From Podarcis melisellensis (Eukaryota): a stretch of 64,000 bases of DNA. A program made the position numbers and the translations under genes. Under the pieces are notes generated by a model. That model was not told the DNA's origin. It worked only from the letters and a program-made list of their open reading frames with translations, and did no database searches. This document shows, piece after piece, positions 62,700 through 64,000 of the stretch. The first letter of the stretch is position 1. Every line of letters starts with the position of its first letter. The stretch lies in assembly GCA_964234715.1 (NCBI GenBank), contig OZ174278.1. One strand, given 5' to 3'.

Positions 62700-63010
62700 T
62701 ATTACAGGTTATAAGACAAGGATGTTTGCTGTCACCCCACTTATTTACACACTGCATAGAGCCTTTGGTGATTTCAAATGGAAGTAATCCAAAAATCAAG
62801 GGCATTTCTGCAGGAGATGAAGAATTAAAAAAATGCTGTATCCCAATAATCTTTTAGATATTGGCATTTAACTAAATATAGTAAGATCTCAGTGTATGAA
62901 AAACAAGGGATGGGGAAGCAGGTTTGTTTGGAATGTAACGTATTTGGGTGAAGAAAGGAATCATTAAATATTTACGAATCTTTTATGAAACTTGTTCAAT
63001 AATCATCTCT
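62700..63010 (+). mobile_element. L1-clade LINE reverse transcriptase relic
   Basis: Translates to RQGCLLSPHLF...IEPLVISNGSNPKIKGISAGDEELK, a decayed form of RQGCPLSPLLF...IEPL...IKGI. Confidence 0.7.
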
Positions 63011-63516
63011 CAGTTGTCACTGGAGCCCTAATAGTGACTGTGGGTTTTTTGGGGTGGTGGTGGGAGAAGGCAACTACTGTACGTAAAGGCACATTCCCAG
63101 CCACATCAAGACAGGGGGGGTGGGGGGAAACATGTTTGTCTGAACTTGTGTAAGGATGCCGCCATTTGCATCACACCAGTTAAATGTGCATATAAATGGC
63201 AATGACATATGTACGACCATCCTATGTATTTGTGATCCGTGATGCAAACTTGTGCATGATTACTCAGACATACACCCTGTTGTATGTACATAGGACTCAC
63301 TGATTATGCACATACATTTATAGGTGTCTGTCACATTGCCCGCTTACAGTGGTGACCATGGGCATACTATCCTCTTGAGACATGCAGGTGCAAAGCAGCT
63401 ATGCAAGGCTCTTACCATGTGGAAAAACCTGTCTGCTGTATTAAAAAGTAAAACCTGAAGCCTAATTCGATTACAGTAGAATTAGAATCACTTAATACCC
63501 CCCCACTGCTCTACAT

Positions 63517-63656
63517 CAGGCTTCCTCAACCTCGGGCCTCCAGATGTTTTTTGCCTACAACTCCCATGATCCCTAGCTAGCAGGACCAGTGGTCAAGGAT
63601 GATGGGAATTGTAGCTAGCCCCAAAACATCTGGAGGGCCGAGGTTGAGGAAGCCTG
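63517..63656. mobile_element. 140-bp hAT MITE
   Basis: Perfect 19-bp TIR CAGGCTTCCTCAACCTCGG; perfect 8-bp TSD CTCTACAT at 63509-63516 and 63657-63664. Confidence 0.92.
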
Positions 63657-64000
63657 CTCTACATAACTGTTGCAATACAAATCTCTGCTTGCAATCCAAC
63701 AACTACCAAAGAAGATGGGAAAGTGATCTGAAATGATGTGATAATGTAAAGCTGTCTTGGTTGTGTATGATTTTCTTCAAGAAAAGAAGCGCCTTGCTTA
63801 AAATTCCATTTTATTTTAAATACATTGTGTTTATCATTTCTAAGCCACTTCTTAAAAGTTGCCGAGTTATAATGCCTCAATACATTTGGGAAAAGAACAT
63901 GCATGAAGATTTTTGAACAAAGGCTAGTGAATAGTGGACTGTCATCTCCAAATATTACGACTTCATACTATTCTGTCCAGTTATTATGGCTAGTGTGTCT

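Overview
Vertebrate genomic DNA, almost certainly from a squamate lizard (a Sauria SINE and the MITE families point to a lacertid). The window is the POLA1-ARX regulatory block. Bases 1-31.7 kb are the distal part of the last POLA1 intron: AT-rich, full of transposable-element (TE) relics, with 3 of the window's 5 assembly gaps. The terminal POLA1 coding exon is at 31716-31879 (+). The complete 5-exon ARX homeobox gene lies tail-to-tail on the minus strand (CDS 52404->40576, 1527 nt, 508 aa, all GT-AG junctions, phases consistent). It sits in a ~22-kb CpG-rich, TE-poor domain (~37.4-59.1 kb) that ends at a strong CTCF-type motif. Several homeodomain-motif-rich non-coding blocks occupy the positions of known mammalian ARX ultraconserved enhancers; this is positional inference only, as no alignment was run. 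I found no prokaryote-type system, CRISPR array or credible new protein-coding gene. The most unusual items are: a young 838-bp TcMar-type MITE carrying a modular 60-bp hairpin array with an inverted module; a fish/amphibian-like IR/DR Tc1 end; a perfect 33-bp palindrome; an ARX protein lacking the exon-2 polyalanine tracts but carrying poly-Gly; and an altered, extended POLA1 C-terminal tail.
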